64,000 bases of DNA from Eledone cirrhosa (taxonomy: Eukaryota). The notes beneath the pieces are model-generated. The model did no database searches. It worked only from the letters and a program-made list of their open reading frames with translations, and was not told the origin of the DNA. Positions within the stretch are counted from its first letter, which is position 1, and the number at the start of each line of letters is the position of its first letter. Position numbers and translations under genes: made by a program. The DNA lies in NCBI GenBank assembly GCA_964016885.1, contig OZ024741.1, positions 366,606,001-366,670,000 of the forward strand, in the 5' to 3' direction. This document shows positions 1-14,735 of the stretch, one piece after another.

Positions 1-399
1 GGCTTATAAGCTGGTGGTTAAGTGCCTACAAAATTATGTGTGATACTTGTGTGTTAGGGTGTGAAGTGGTGTTGTTAATTTATACACGGTTACCATTCTT
101 AAGCGCTAATTCGACAGGTTAGAATGGCGGGATGTCTTGGGTGCAATCGGTAAGCCAGCCGTCTGCTTGTTTGTTTGTTTGTTTGTTTTTTCTCTCGTTT
201 TGAAGTAAATAGATAATTCAAGCAATGGCCCTATAACTAATAAAGATAGTAGGCATAGAAAGATGAAACAGGGTAAACTGACTACTTCGGTGGTTAAATT
301 ACAAAGTGGTGAGAAAAAAAGGGCTTGATGGTAAAGTTGTAGGTAAGGTAGTGGTTAGAACAAAGAATGAGTAGATAAGAGAGAAAGTGAGACAGAGAT

Positions 400-640
400 A
401 GATATGTTTCTTTATTTGCCACAAAGGCGTACAAAAATGGGACTTTACAAGATGTGATGGCAGGGGTTTTACATAAAAATCTTTAACGATAATGAATATC
501 ATTAAACTATATATAAAATAAAACAATCGAAATCCCCAATAAGGGGGAATGTTACTGCGGGGTTGTTTTACACCCCGTGGATAGAACATCCCTCAACACC
601 AGGAGTGCGTTTTGTAGGTGTCCCTGTCTTCCCTCTGTTT
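400..640 (-). mobile_element. 3' UTR/terminus fragment of L1/Tx1-like LINE
   Basis: tttctttatttgccacaaagg and aaatccccaataaggggg resemble the 3' end of the Tx1-like copy at 60690-60900. Confidence 0.45.
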
Positions 641-1329
641 GTCTTTCTCAGGTTTATATAGAGAGAAGGCCCATTCTTTCGAGCCAGAGATTCATAGATG
701 GATAGATGAGACGAAACAGAATGAACTGACCAGTTGAATAGTCAAATTACAAAGGGGTGGGAAAGAGGGAACTAACTTATATTAGTCTCTATTCCTTTAC
801 GATTACTTACATACATGTGTGCTGGATTTGATTGTAACAATTCTCTCGTCTTGTATCAGTGTGTAGATATTTTGTCTTGTTTGTGTTTCCATCCTTCAGA
901 CACTATTCATGCACTGGGAAGACTAGTCCTATCTTTTGAAGCATCTGAAACAATAGTGAATCCCAGAAGACAGCCGATGAGCGGAAACTGTCAAAAATTT
1001 CTCTCTTTTCCGAATTTTCTGTGACCTATATGCCCCACGTATTATTATTGGCAGAATTGGTAGAGCATCGGACAACATGCATAATGGCATAGAGATATGG
1101 CTCTTTATGGTTCAATTCCCACCGAGGTTAGTTTTGCCTTTCATCCTTATGGTGTCGATAAAATAAAGTGCCAGTAATGCACTGGGGTCGACTTAATCGA
1201 CTTTCCCCTCCCTCAAAATTTCTGACCTTGCGCCTAAATCAGAAACCATTATTATTTTTTTATTATTATTAATAATGAGTCATCCAACCTTGAGGCGGTG
1301 GTGGGGCATTGACAAAATTCAAGCTCCAG

Positions 1330-1915
1330 AGTCCTCAGTCGACCATTGCTGCACGCACATCCGTTTCATCTCACAATATTAGAGATGCGAGACAGGAATC
1401 CATACAAAGACCTGTTTGTTGGGTGACGTCTCCAGGAGATGTTGTATGCCGAGTGTAGCATTCTTGTGTATGTACCATCGAGTCTCTTACGGCAATCAGC
1501 ATTCAACGTCCACGACTGCAAACTTTTCAGAAGGAACGTTTCTATATAGGCCACAAAGACCCTTGTTTTTATGTCCTTGTGGATGACTGCCTCTCATACC
1601 CTCTGAGTTGAGTGAAGCACACTCCACGACTGAGCAATCCTGACATCCATATCACGGCCAGAGTCAGTGTAATCAACCAAATACTTCAAATCACTCATGA
1701 GTTCGATATCTGAGCCATCTGATGCGGTCCAGATGCTCATTGATAGATGAATTCAAGTACATGTACTTCGTCTTTTGCGCATTCAGAAATAGACCAACAG
1801 TGCTCTGACATACATTCTCAACTCCGATGAGGAAATCCTGTGCAGCTTCGATCACATTTCCGAGAAGAACAATGTCATCAGCGTAGTCAAGATCAACTAT
1901 GACTTCTTCAGTCTA
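1330..1915 (-). pseudogene. RTE-like LINE reverse transcriptase C-terminal fragment
   Basis: Reverse strand reads DLDYADDI (~1871-1894) and WTLNADCRKRLDGTYTRMLHSAYNISW, typical of RTE-type ORF C-termini; disrupted. Confidence 0.7.
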
Positions 1916-2449
1916 GACAGATGTTGAACAAGAAAGGACGAAATGATCGCCCTTGAAAACGCTTACGTTGATGTTGAGTGCATGTCTCAACATGTGGCGT
2001 GATTACGACTGCTTAGATATTCTCGTGCATGACTCAAGTCACATAACTGTGAAGTGAACTGATCATCCGCGAAACTGCTTTGTTCTCTTTGCCAAAACAA
2101 CTGTCTGTCGATGATCGCGACAGGAACTACAACTAACTCTAAAGATAGAGGGTTCTTTTTCTCGAGGTTTAATTCCTTCAGATCCGTTGTATTAAGCTCC
2201 TAACAGGATCAACAGATAAAAGTATATAAAAAGGTATATATATGCACACATTTTGGGATGACTGTTGACTCTCCTGAGTTTCTCCACCCTTTGACGGGTT
2301 TTGTTTTCGTCCCGCAAGGTGTCCAAAGAAGTCACCCTCCTCACTAAGCGAGCTGGTAGGGTTGTCGGTTTAGATGCCGACGACCCGACCATGTAACAGG
2401 TTGTACTGGGTTACATGTTACCAGTAGCACTCGAGAACAACCTGACCTG

Positions 2450-2485
<36 letters not shown>

Positions 2486-2739
2486 AGAGATAGATTAATT
2501 CGGTGAATCTTCCAGATAATTGCAGTAAGTGTAGATGTGTTTGTGGAACGTTCAGCCAATTGTACGTTCCAGACTGTTGTTCCATTGAACAAATAACTGT
2601 AACACTCATCGTCGATACCGACGGAGGTCTGACAACAACAACATACCACTTAACTTTTAACAGCTTGCTACACGTACAAAAACAGCATCACCAACAGCAA
2701 TGGAATGCAATGAACCTCCATCAGCTTCGACGATGAGTG

Positions 2740-3055
2740 TCAGAGTTGTTTGATCAACGAAAAGGCCTGCTTATGAAATTAATGTGCAAGTGACTGAGCA
2801 TTCCATAGACATGTGTATGTACCCTTCACGTAATTTTCATCGTGATAGTGTGTGGCAAGGCTGGCTATTTGAATTAAGGGTCACAGTCCATCAGATGGAC
2901 TTCAAAACATTTTCCGTCTACCTAATTTCACTCACAAGATTTGGTTGACCCAAGGCTACGGTATATAACATTTGCCGTAGCTGCCACGCAGTGAGATCGA
3001 AGCCGGGACCTGTTGATTGGGAAGGAAACCACTTAAACATTGGGTCATGCTGCGT
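2740..3055 (-). mobile_element. Second tRNA-derived SINE family (related copies ~42020-42260, 46640-46890, 57870-58170, 59170-59450)
   Basis: Recurrent motif tttccgtctacc..ttcactcacaag..ttggttgaccc..ggcta..aacacttgc..gccacgcagtgagatcgaa with a tRNA B-box-like end. Confidence 0.55.
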
Positions 3056-3981
3056 CCACTTTAACAACATGTCACACATACAATAAACAATAACACCAAC
3101 AAGAACAACTACCACAGCAATGGTAACAACAGCCACTGTTGGCACTATACCATTTTCTCCTTTAACAACTTGCTGCACACAAAAAAAGGAAATGTTAAAA
3201 ACATGCGAAACGAATGCCGAAATATTTTTTTTATATAATCTGTTTGAATTCAGAGAAATAGAATGTCAAAACATCAGCAAACATTTTTGAAATGTTTATA
3301 TAGCTTTTAACATCTCTTTTGTTGTTTTTTTTTATATATGTTTTATTATATATCTTCTTTTTTTATTTATTTATTATTTTTGTTTTCAATTATTCTAGAT
3401 TATGTTAGACTGAAATCAAAATGGCATGGAAATATTAGATTTTCTTGCTTTCACGATTTTAGGCAAAGATATTGTTAATTTTTCCTAAAATTACCTTTAA
3501 TTATACGTTTTCAACATTCGAATACGAAATAGCAAGCACCGAAATGTGATGGCAAGGTTTTGTGATGGGGGATATTTTGTTTTGTTTTGTTTTGTTTTAT
3601 ATATTATTTTTATATATTTTCTTTTTGATTTTTTGTTTGTTTGTCTGATTGTTTGTTTGTCTGTTTGTTTGTTTGTTGTTATTTTTCAGTCGATGGTTTT
3701 GGAGACAAGGAACGGGAGGAGTTGATAGTTTTAATTACTACTGTTGCTACTTCTCTGCTATTGCTTATTCTCATTAACTTTGTTTTCTTTACTTTTCTTA
3801 TTTTATTTTTATTCTTTTATTTCACATGATTTATGTTGTTATTGTTGCTGTTACACACACAGACACACACACACACACACATGTTTCTATCCTGTCTCGC
3901 TTTCCCCCTACACACACGGTCTATCCAGCTATCTCCTTTTTCGCACATATACGTACGCCCTTTCTCTCTCTCTCTCTCTAC

Positions 3982-4019
<38 letters not shown>

Positions 4020-4604
4020 TAGACACCTATACGCTTTCTCACCTCTCTCTCTCGCTCTCTCTCTCTCTCACACACACATACACACGTACACACCTATACG
4101 CTTTCTCGCTTCTGTGTTTCTCTCTCTCCCTCTCTCTTGCTTTCTGTCTATCTCTCTGTTTCTCACCCTGTATCTCTCCTCCTCTGTTTCTCTCTCTCCT
4201 TCCCTCTCTTTATCAAGTCTCACTACATACATCACCTGATATTTATATTACCACAACTACAATGGTGATGAAGTTGCTGGGTCTATAGAGCACTGAACAA
4301 AATATTAACGGCTCTTTATATTCTGAGTTCAAATCCCCCTTACGTTCAAGACAATAAAAGTACCAGTCAGGTGCTAAGGTCGATTTAATTAACTGAACCC
4401 TTTCCTCTAAATTTTTGACCAGGTCTCTATGTTACAAACGATATTACGACTAAAATAGAGGCTGAATGACATCGTAGGTAGGTTACTGGATAAAATTATG
4501 GCGACTCTTTACATTGGCAGAATCGGTAGAGCGTCGACAATATACTTTGAGGTATTTGGTTAAGATTTCCTTCGTTCGAATTCAAATTCCGCTGAGTTCA
4601 ATTC

Positions 4605-5024
4605 AGATCTGCCAACCCAAACTGGGAGTAACATGAAAAAAGGTGCCCCAAAACGGGGAGAAATGAGGCAAAATGGGGAGATTTTACATAATGGTTTCTT
4701 ATAAAGACACAAGGCCAGCAATTTTGGGGGTTGGGAAAGTCGATTAGATCGATCCCAGTGCGTGACTGGTACTTTATTTTATCGACCCCGTAAGGATGAA
4801 AGGCAAAGTTAACCTTGGCGGAATTTGAACTCAGATCATAAAGGGCCGTAACTCTATGCTGCAAAGCATTGCGTCCGACCCTCTACCGATACTGCCAATC
4901 CACCGCCCTCAGGGGGGATTTTATATAATGAAAGCTATACCCATTTTCACAGAGAAGACATCTCTCACCAACCCTCAAAGTGGGTGGGAGATCTACCCGT
5001 CAGGCGGGGAGAGTTGACAGGTCT
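4605..5024. mobile_element. hAT-like MITE interrupting a SINE and itself interrupted by a SINE
   Basis: Imperfect TIRs cagatctgccaac / gttgacaggtctg; SINE sequence on both flanks is contiguous when the MITE is removed. Confidence 0.5.
4694..4911 (-). mobile_element. tRNA-derived SINE family A copy with 19-bp target-site duplication
   Basis: Flanked by ggggagattttacataatg (4675-4693) and ggggggattttatataatg (4912-4930). Confidence 0.8.
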
Positions 5025-6097
5025 GTTAATTTTGCTTTTGAACCTTTCAGGAGTTTATAAAATTAGTACCAGTCAAATGCTAGGGCCGATCTAATTAACT
5101 ATATCCATACCTTATATTCGATATTTTGAATTTATATTTAAAAACTCATATTACTGTGACTATAACTCAATTAGTATTCTTTCTCTTTTTCTTTAAATTA
5201 TATATACCGTTAGAATGGTAGATAGTAAATGTTTACGTATGGTTCATTACATACTCAGTTCAAATCCCTCCAGGTACTGATGTTGATTTGAACTAGCTGC
5301 TCTCATAAAACTTGATGCTTTGTCTGAAACAATTTAAAGCAGAGTTGAGACAGGATCATTAGAAATGTCGTAACTTGCAATGTTTAGTTGCGGTTCTTTG
5401 CGCTCTGAGTTCAAATCCCGCAGAGGTCAACTTTAACTATATTCTTCCAGGGTCGATAAAATAAAGCACCAGTGAAGTGCTGGAAGATGTTATGAACTTA
5501 CCCCATCCTTAAAATCTGAGACCGTATCTTTATGTGGGGAAACATTTAGGGCGTCGAAATGGTAGAATCTTTAGAAGATCTGACAAGATGATCTGAAGTA
5601 CTTGTCCCGGATCTTTATGTTCAGAGTTCAAGTTCCGTCTTGGCCTAGTAATTAATTTAGCGCAGAGAACCGAAACAATTACTGAAGCATTTAATCAGAC
5701 GTTCTAACCACTCTGCCAATTTATCTCCTAATATCTCTCGTAAAATTTCAAACCTATTGTCTATGTTACAAATCAATACTTTCTTATATACTACTGTATT
5801 AAGAATCAATCGTTTTACGAAGTATTGAGTGAATATGAAAATTGAAAATATGTCAGTTTATTGTTCACTTTTGCCGTCTCCATGGATTTCTAGGCCCAAT
5901 TTCTTTGACTATTTACTAGTCGAACCTACGTTTTAGCAGGTAACAGATTACTAACATACTTTCAAAATGTGTATATTAAGTTATATATATATATATATAT
6001 CATCAGGCAGCTGACTGTCATCAGGGAGCTGGCTATATATATTAAACTATATATTAATGTATTTATTTATTTATTTATTTCTGTTTGTATTTTCCAG

Positions 6098-6138
6098 ATC
6101 CCATTGATGATAATCCGTTCAGCAGCTTAATATGGAAG
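6098..6138 (+). CDS. Candidate internal exon of host gene (extracellular juxtamembrane segment)
   Basis: Pyrimidine tract ...ctgtttgtattttccAG acceptor and AAG|GTGAGT consensus donor; 41 nt, phase 1 to 0, reads (D)PIDDNPFSSLIWK; joins in frame to exon 54013. Confidence 0.6.
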
Positions 6139-6482
6139 GTGAGTTTTTGCGTTCCTTTACATAACGTATGTATGTATATGAATATATATATATATGTGTG
6201 TGTTTGTGCGTGTTATTATATTTTGCCAAAAGTAGAAACAATTATATTATATATATATATAATTGTTTCTACTTTAGGCACAAGGCCAGCAATTACCCAG
6301 TGCATTACTGGTACTTTATTTTATCGACCCCGTAAGGATGAAAGGCAAAGTCAACCTCGGCGGGATTTGAACTCAGATCGTAAAGGGACGTAACTATGCT
6401 GGAAAGCATGGCGTCCGACCCTCTACCGATACTGCCAATCCACCGCCTTATATATATATATAATGAGAGAGAGAAAGAAAAG

Positions 6483-6536
<54 letters not shown>

Positions 6537-6549
6537 CAGAGAGAGAGAA

Positions 6550-6622
<73 letters not shown>

Positions 6623-6729
6623 CAGTTAGATACCAGTTACACTAGTAAAACCATATTCAGCTAAGTACTCTATACTTTGGAAAGTAAAGTGTATGCATTG
6701 GCACTAACTTTTAACTATTGTTTAACGAC

Positions 6730-6818
6730 ATGTAACACGCGTTTCGCAGAGTATTGAATCAAGGTCTCCCATAGAAGTTATGTACCCGACTCCATTATCG
6801 ATCTGCTCTTCAGACTAG
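6730..6818 (-). ncRNA. Degenerate type-I hammerhead ribozyme motif
   Basis: Minus strand CTGAAGA-GCAGA...TCTGC-GAAA-CGCG-T-G; palindromic stem III, but the cleavage base is G and stem I is poor. Confidence 0.45.
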
Positions 6819-7258
6819 TGATTCAACAAAAGGTAGTGTTTGTTGTGATATGTGAGATATTGGGTATGTATGTGTGGTGTGGGGTTTTGTCAGTATCGGT
6901 AGAGGGTTGGACGCCATGCTTTCTAGCATAGTTACGTCCCTTTACAATCTAAGTTCAAATCCCGCCGAGGTTAACTTAGCCTTTCATCCTTACGGGGTCG
7001 ATAAAATAAAGTACCAGTAATATCCTGGGTAATTGCTGGCCTTGTGCCTAAAGTAGAAACAATTATTACACTCAGTCGGAAAAATTCATATATCTATTTA
7101 TTTATTCTGTTGTCTAGAGTTTGTTGCTACTGTTATTTGTAAGGAATTTAGATCGATATGATGCCAGGGGCATAAAAACCAACGCAACATTTCGATCTTG
7201 CTTCCTATAGAAATGGTCAGCGATATCGATACCACGTGCGTGGGTAATTCGTTTTGGA

Positions 7259-7338
<80 letters not shown>

Positions 7339-7439
7339 AGGGTGTGTAACTTGGAGTTACTGTAGGTTCACCTGGGTGAGCACTCGATGTTTAGGTTCAC
7401 TTCAGTGTCGAGGTGTAGAGCTATACAGAGTGTCTTATA

Positions 7440-7738
7440 GTTAAATAAGATAACAAGGACAATTGGTTACTCCTTCATTACGTTTATTGTTTGGTGACGC
7501 ACGTTTCGCCACTGACCAGGTCAAGGTTCGATCTGTATCGATCTGACCTTACTCTGTAATCCGCGGCTCGTCAGATCCTTGTAATGTTAACATTACAAGG
7601 GGTCTGACGAACCACGGATTACAGAGTCAGATCAGATCGATACAGATCGAACCTTAAGCTGGTCAGTGGCGAAACGCGCGTCACCAACCAATAACTGTAA
7701 TGAAGGAGTAACCAATCGTCCTTGTTATCTTATTTAAC
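7440..7738. repeat. ~300-bp palindrome with a hammerhead ribozyme on each strand (PLE pLTR-like)
   Basis: Centre aatgtt|aacatt at 7588/7589; + strand ggt-CTGACGA(7604)-accac...gtggc-GAAA(7671)-cgcgcg-TC-acc; mirror copy on minus strand; arms carry several mismatches. Confidence 0.85.
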
Positions 7739-7741
7739 ATT

Positions 7742-7829
<88 letters not shown>

Positions 7830-8299
7830 GACGTTCGTCAAATCGGACCGAGGAAACAATGTTTCCGTTGGTCTTTCCAATTGCTAATACTCTCTATCGG
7901 TCGCAACTCCATGTAGAAGGAGCACAATGAAATAAAGTGTCTTGCTCATGGACATAACGCATCGCCTGGTCCTGGAATCGAACTCACAACCTCACAATTG
8001 CGAATCCAATTATCTAACCACTCAGCCACGCGCCTTCATGGTTCTTTTCAATGGCTGATAACACCTTGCCGGCGCCACTCGAGTAAAGTAATTATTTAAC
8101 CCATAAATGGGCCCTAACAGGTACTACAACTCCGGGCCATAGCAGACCTAAGAGTGATAACAACTAAGGGGTAACTCCACATTCCACACAGCTCCTGAAC
8201 TCACGAACTTGAGCCCTGTTACTGGATGCATTTTAATGTCATACCCAGGTCATGTCTCGGGAATATTACCCGCCCTAGATACATTATGTATATATATAA

Positions 8300-10740
8300 T
8301 GGGATCTATGATTTGGGAACAGGTTCTGTGTGGGTTGTGATCTGCGGATCGGTTCCTGTTTTGTGTTGGGGATTATTCGTTCTTTTTATAGACAAAACTA
8401 TAACCCTACTAAAAATAAACGAATGTCCCCCAACACAAGACAGGACCCGATCCGCAGATCACAACCCACACAAAACCTATTCCAAAACCGTAGACCCCAA
8501 CCCACACAGAACCTGTTCCAAAATCGTAGATCCCAACCCACACAAAAGAACAAAATTTACAACCTGGACCATCAACAAACAGAACCTCAATACGTCCGAA
8601 ACTTCTATACAAGACCACACAACAACAGGGGGAATGCAATTAGATATAATAATACCCATGAAAAAACAATTCAGAAAAATCGTTTTTTAGACCAAGGCAT
8701 CCGGTGACACAAACCGATTTTGAAAAACCGAAAATAATCAACCTTTCAAATACAAACTTCTCAGCCCAACAAATTTAAATTCTCTCCAAAGGACTGAAAT
8801 TCACACCAACACCACAATACTCTAACTCAATGAGATAAATGACAATATCTCATACTTCTGTAGAAAATTACGTCTCACAGAGGAATATTTTGACAAGGAG
8901 AATAACGACCAATCAATTGTACGGAATAAAAGCAGCTACAACCCAACAAAGGGTAGGAGCCGAGTTCTGGACAAATTTTGTGACCACATAGCAACTTTCC
9001 CATACCATGAACTACCGCAACCTAAACCCAAACCCAACACGAGACGAAGGGAATGGGAGATTACTGACATTGTAATTAAGGAAGCGGACAAAGGAAGTAC
9101 TGTCGTCATTATGGATGCTGAACAATATAAAAAATCTATGTTCTCTCGCTTACAAGACACTAACTACTATGAAAGAGTAAAAAAACTACCAGCAATCAAA
9201 AAGGATGACCAGATTAAACACATTCATTTGTCGATACCAGGAAGACTTAACTAAAAAGGAATGCGATTATTTAACACATTTTGAATACAAAACCAGCAAC
9301 CTTTACGGACTTCCGAAGATCCACAAGTGTAAAATAATTAACGATGCCTGCAAAGAATCCACCTCAACCTGCGTGAGTACAAAATACCCCACTGACCTTA
9401 AATTAAGGCCAATTGTAGCAGGCCCACAATGCGAAACACAAAGACTAAGTAATTTTATAGACATAGTACTAAAACCAATTTTTAAACACATACCAAGCCT
9501 TGTAGGAGACGATCTGGACCTCTTAAACCACCTCCCCAATCATGTCAACAACGACACTATTATTATGTCTTTCGATGTAGTGAATCTCTACACATCGATC
9601 CCACACCAATACGGACTAGAAGCAATAGGATTCTGGCTAGAGAAATATCCCAATGAGATACCTGACAGAATAGAAAAAAGCTTCATCACCGAAGGATTAA
9701 AATTTATTTTACAGAACAACTTTTTTTATTTCGATGGCAGTACTTACAGGCAAATATCGAGGACTGCGATGGGTACAAAAGTCACTCCAACTTATGCTAA
9801 CTTAGTCATGACATACTTGGAAGTCCAAATATATAAACACTCCAAATCAAAATACGGATTGAACTTCCACAAATATCTATCAGAGAATTGGAAACGCTAC
9901 TTGGATGATTGTCTTATTCTTTGGTCTCACACACTTGATCAACTAAATGATTTCAAAAATGTAATTAGCGGCATCCAATTCACAATGGAATACTGCCAAG
10001 ATCAACTCCCATTTCTGGACATCTTAATCATAAAAAAAGACACAAATATTGCAACTGACATACACTACAAACCAACAGATTCCAAACAATACCTGCTATC
10101 GACCTCCAACCATCCAAAGCACACGAAGACGAACATCCCTTTTAAGAATTTGCACTATTGTCTCCAATTATGAAACGCAAAATAAAATACATCAAGAATT
10201 AAAGGAAATTCTGCTCTAAAGACAGTACCCACCATTACTAATAAATAATGGAATAGAAAGGGCTAAAGCAATAGGCATTGATGAATTACGAAAACAGAAA
10301 CAAATTCAAGGTACGTCCAATATTCTATCATATATCTCAACACACAACCCAAGAAATGCGGAAGCTTACAACATTATTCACAAGAACATCCCACTATTGA
10401 AACAAGACCCAAGAATGAAAAATAGCCCTTGAAACACACAAAATAATCAAAAGCAAAAGACAACCGAAATCACAAAAAACATTACTCACCAATGCCAAAT
10501 TACCTACCACAAACCCACAACCAACTGTCAAAAAATGTGGTCGCTCTAATTGTGGAACCTGCACTCACCTAATTGAAGGCAACATGTATACATTTCAATC
10601 AGGACAAAATTTTGTTGTAAAAAATCACTTCATTTGCTCATCAAAAAATTTAATTTATGCCATTAAATGTAAAGGATGCAATGAAGATTATATAGGACAA
10701 ACTAAACTCACACTCAGAAACAGAATGACAATTCATCGTG
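8300..10740 (+). mobile_element. Penelope-like retroelement relic (RT + Cys-rich linker + GIY-YIG), frameshifted
   Basis: LSKGLKFTPTP (~8783), IKEADKGSTVVIMD (~9075), ORF 9205-10173 with YGLPKIHK, RPIV, FDVVNLYTSIP, AMGT, RYLDD, LPFLD; CGRSNCGTC and NLIYAIKCKGCNEDYIGQT...RNRMTIHR at 10536-10740. Confidence 0.92.
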
Positions 10741-10931
10741 AAACTTTGACGGAGAGGTGGTAGTTCATTATAAGCCTTCACCCCCTCACCAGATGGTCAT
10801 TAGTAGACCGAGTAACCATCACTTGAGGGCGACTGACCGAGGTGAAAGCAGCTAGTTGGTCAGTCGTCCTCTTTGTCTTTGATTTTCGGACCCATGGATT
10901 TTATCAGTTATGTTCCTTTGTTATATTTCGA

Positions 10932-10989
10932 ATACCTGATGATATCACCGTATTCATACGGAACCCGGTCATTGAAATGATCATAGTAT
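10932..10989 (+). ncRNA. Type-I hammerhead ribozyme in pLTR-like segment
   Basis: atac-CTGATGA-tatcaccg...cggtcatt-GAAA-tgatca-TA-gtat; stem I atac/gtat, palindromic stem III, AATAAA immediately after (10990). Confidence 0.7.
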
Positions 10990-11181
10990 AATAAACCTTT
11001 CAAGGATTTACACCAGTCCAGCCTCCTGTTATTTTATTTTTAATAATTAACTCCGTATTCGCACTACCAACTACACAAATGAAGACGGGTGAGCTGAATT
11101 ACGTTGAGTACTCTCCATAATATTACATCAAGATTGACCATACGGAATGACCAATTCTATCCAGTGGTGAACCAACAAACC

Positions 11182-11285
<104 letters not shown>

Positions 11286-11799
11286 AGCAGCATGTATTTA
11301 TGTATTTCTCTATTTATTCAATTATTTATTTAGCCATTTCAATTTGTAGAGAAATTTGAAAGTTTGCCAAGTTAACAATTCGCTGCCAGTATAGAAATGC
11401 AACTGAATTCACGTGAGATTTAACTAGAAGAAACAAAATTCTAAAAATCGTTGAACTTTCTATCCACGTTATAATTTATAAACGGGGGATAGTAGATATC
11501 TACTAGAGATCTGTGTGTAATTCCGTCGAACTGTGTCAATGTATTTGTTCATCTGAGTATGCGTGGGTGTGTTTTGTGTGTATGTATGTGTGTGTGTGTT
11601 TGCGTGTGTGTATCGGTGGGTGTGTGATGTTATGTGTGTGTAGATGTGTGTGTGTTTTGCGTGTGTTTTGTGTGCGTGTGTGTGTGTATATGTGTGCGTA
11701 CGTGTGTGTGTGTATTTGTGTATATGTGTTTTGTGTGAGTGTGTGTGTGTATGTGTGATATGTGTATATGTGTGTGTGTGTTTGTGTGCGTGTTTGTGA

Positions 11800-12112
11800 A
11801 AGTACTTGCCTTAGTGGTCCGAGAGCTGGATCCTCAATCGTGAGATTGTAAGTTTGATTCTTGGATCGGATAATCCGTTGTGTCGTTGAGAAAGTCACTT
11901 TATTTCACCTTACTTTAGTTCACTCAGCTGTAGAAATGTGTTGTGACGTCACTGGTGCCAAGCTGTATCAGCCTTTGACTTTCCCTTGGACAACATCCAT
12001 GGCGTGCAGAGGGGAAACTGGTATGCATGGGCGACTGCTTGTCTTCCATAAACAAACCTTGCGCGGACGTCTACCTAGGGGGGGGGTCTTTCTAGGTTCA
12101 AATCACATGGTC
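11800..12112 (+). mobile_element. Third tRNA-derived SINE family (related copies ~7830-8040 minus, 42300-42420 minus, 50247-50510 plus)
   Basis: Head gccttagtggt...gtttgattc, followed by gttgtgtcgttgagaaagtcactttatttcac..ttcactcagctgtagaaatg shared among copies. Confidence 0.55.
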
Positions 12113-12121
12113 ATTTATATT

Positions 12122-12181
<60 letters not shown>

Positions 12182-12328
12182 AATGGCTTCTACAGGACTA
12201 GAACTGTTTCATTCGGAAGACATATATATTTATATATATATATGTAGAAGTTCTATTTAAATTGTTGCGATACAACAAGCAAATATTTTTATAACTGATA
12301 TAAAGCACTCAACAAATTATTGGAGTAA

Positions 12329-12678
12329 AAATACGATATATTAACAAATGGAAACTATATTTATAAAACCATATTTATTTCATTATACATATTTCAAGGA
12401 CACCAAGTTAAATTATGGTGTGCTTTCATCAGATAAAATATAATATAGAGCAGTTTTATAAATAAATATTGACATACCCTTAAAGAATGCGACCATTTCT
12501 TCCAACAGAAATGGTCGCATTCTTTAAGGGTATGTCAATATTTATTTATAAAACTGCTCTATATTATATTTTATCTGATGAAAGCACACCATAATTTAAC
12601 TTGGTGTCCTTGAAATATGTATAATGAAATAAATATGGTTTTATAAATATAGTTTCCATTTGTTAATATATCGTATTT
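12329..12678. repeat. Perfect 172-bp-arm palindrome with a hammerhead ribozyme on each strand
   Basis: 6-nt spacer tccaac (12501-12506); + strand tattttat-CTGATGA(12575)-aagcacacca...tggtgtcctt-GAAA(12612)-tatgta-TA-atgaaata; no arm mismatch seen. Confidence 0.9.

Positions 12679-14735
<2,057 letters not shown>

Noticed and set aside
3399-3760. Possible exons after AG acceptors at 3399 and 3689
   Set aside because: Good pyrimidine tracts but no convincing donor site or recognisable peptide.
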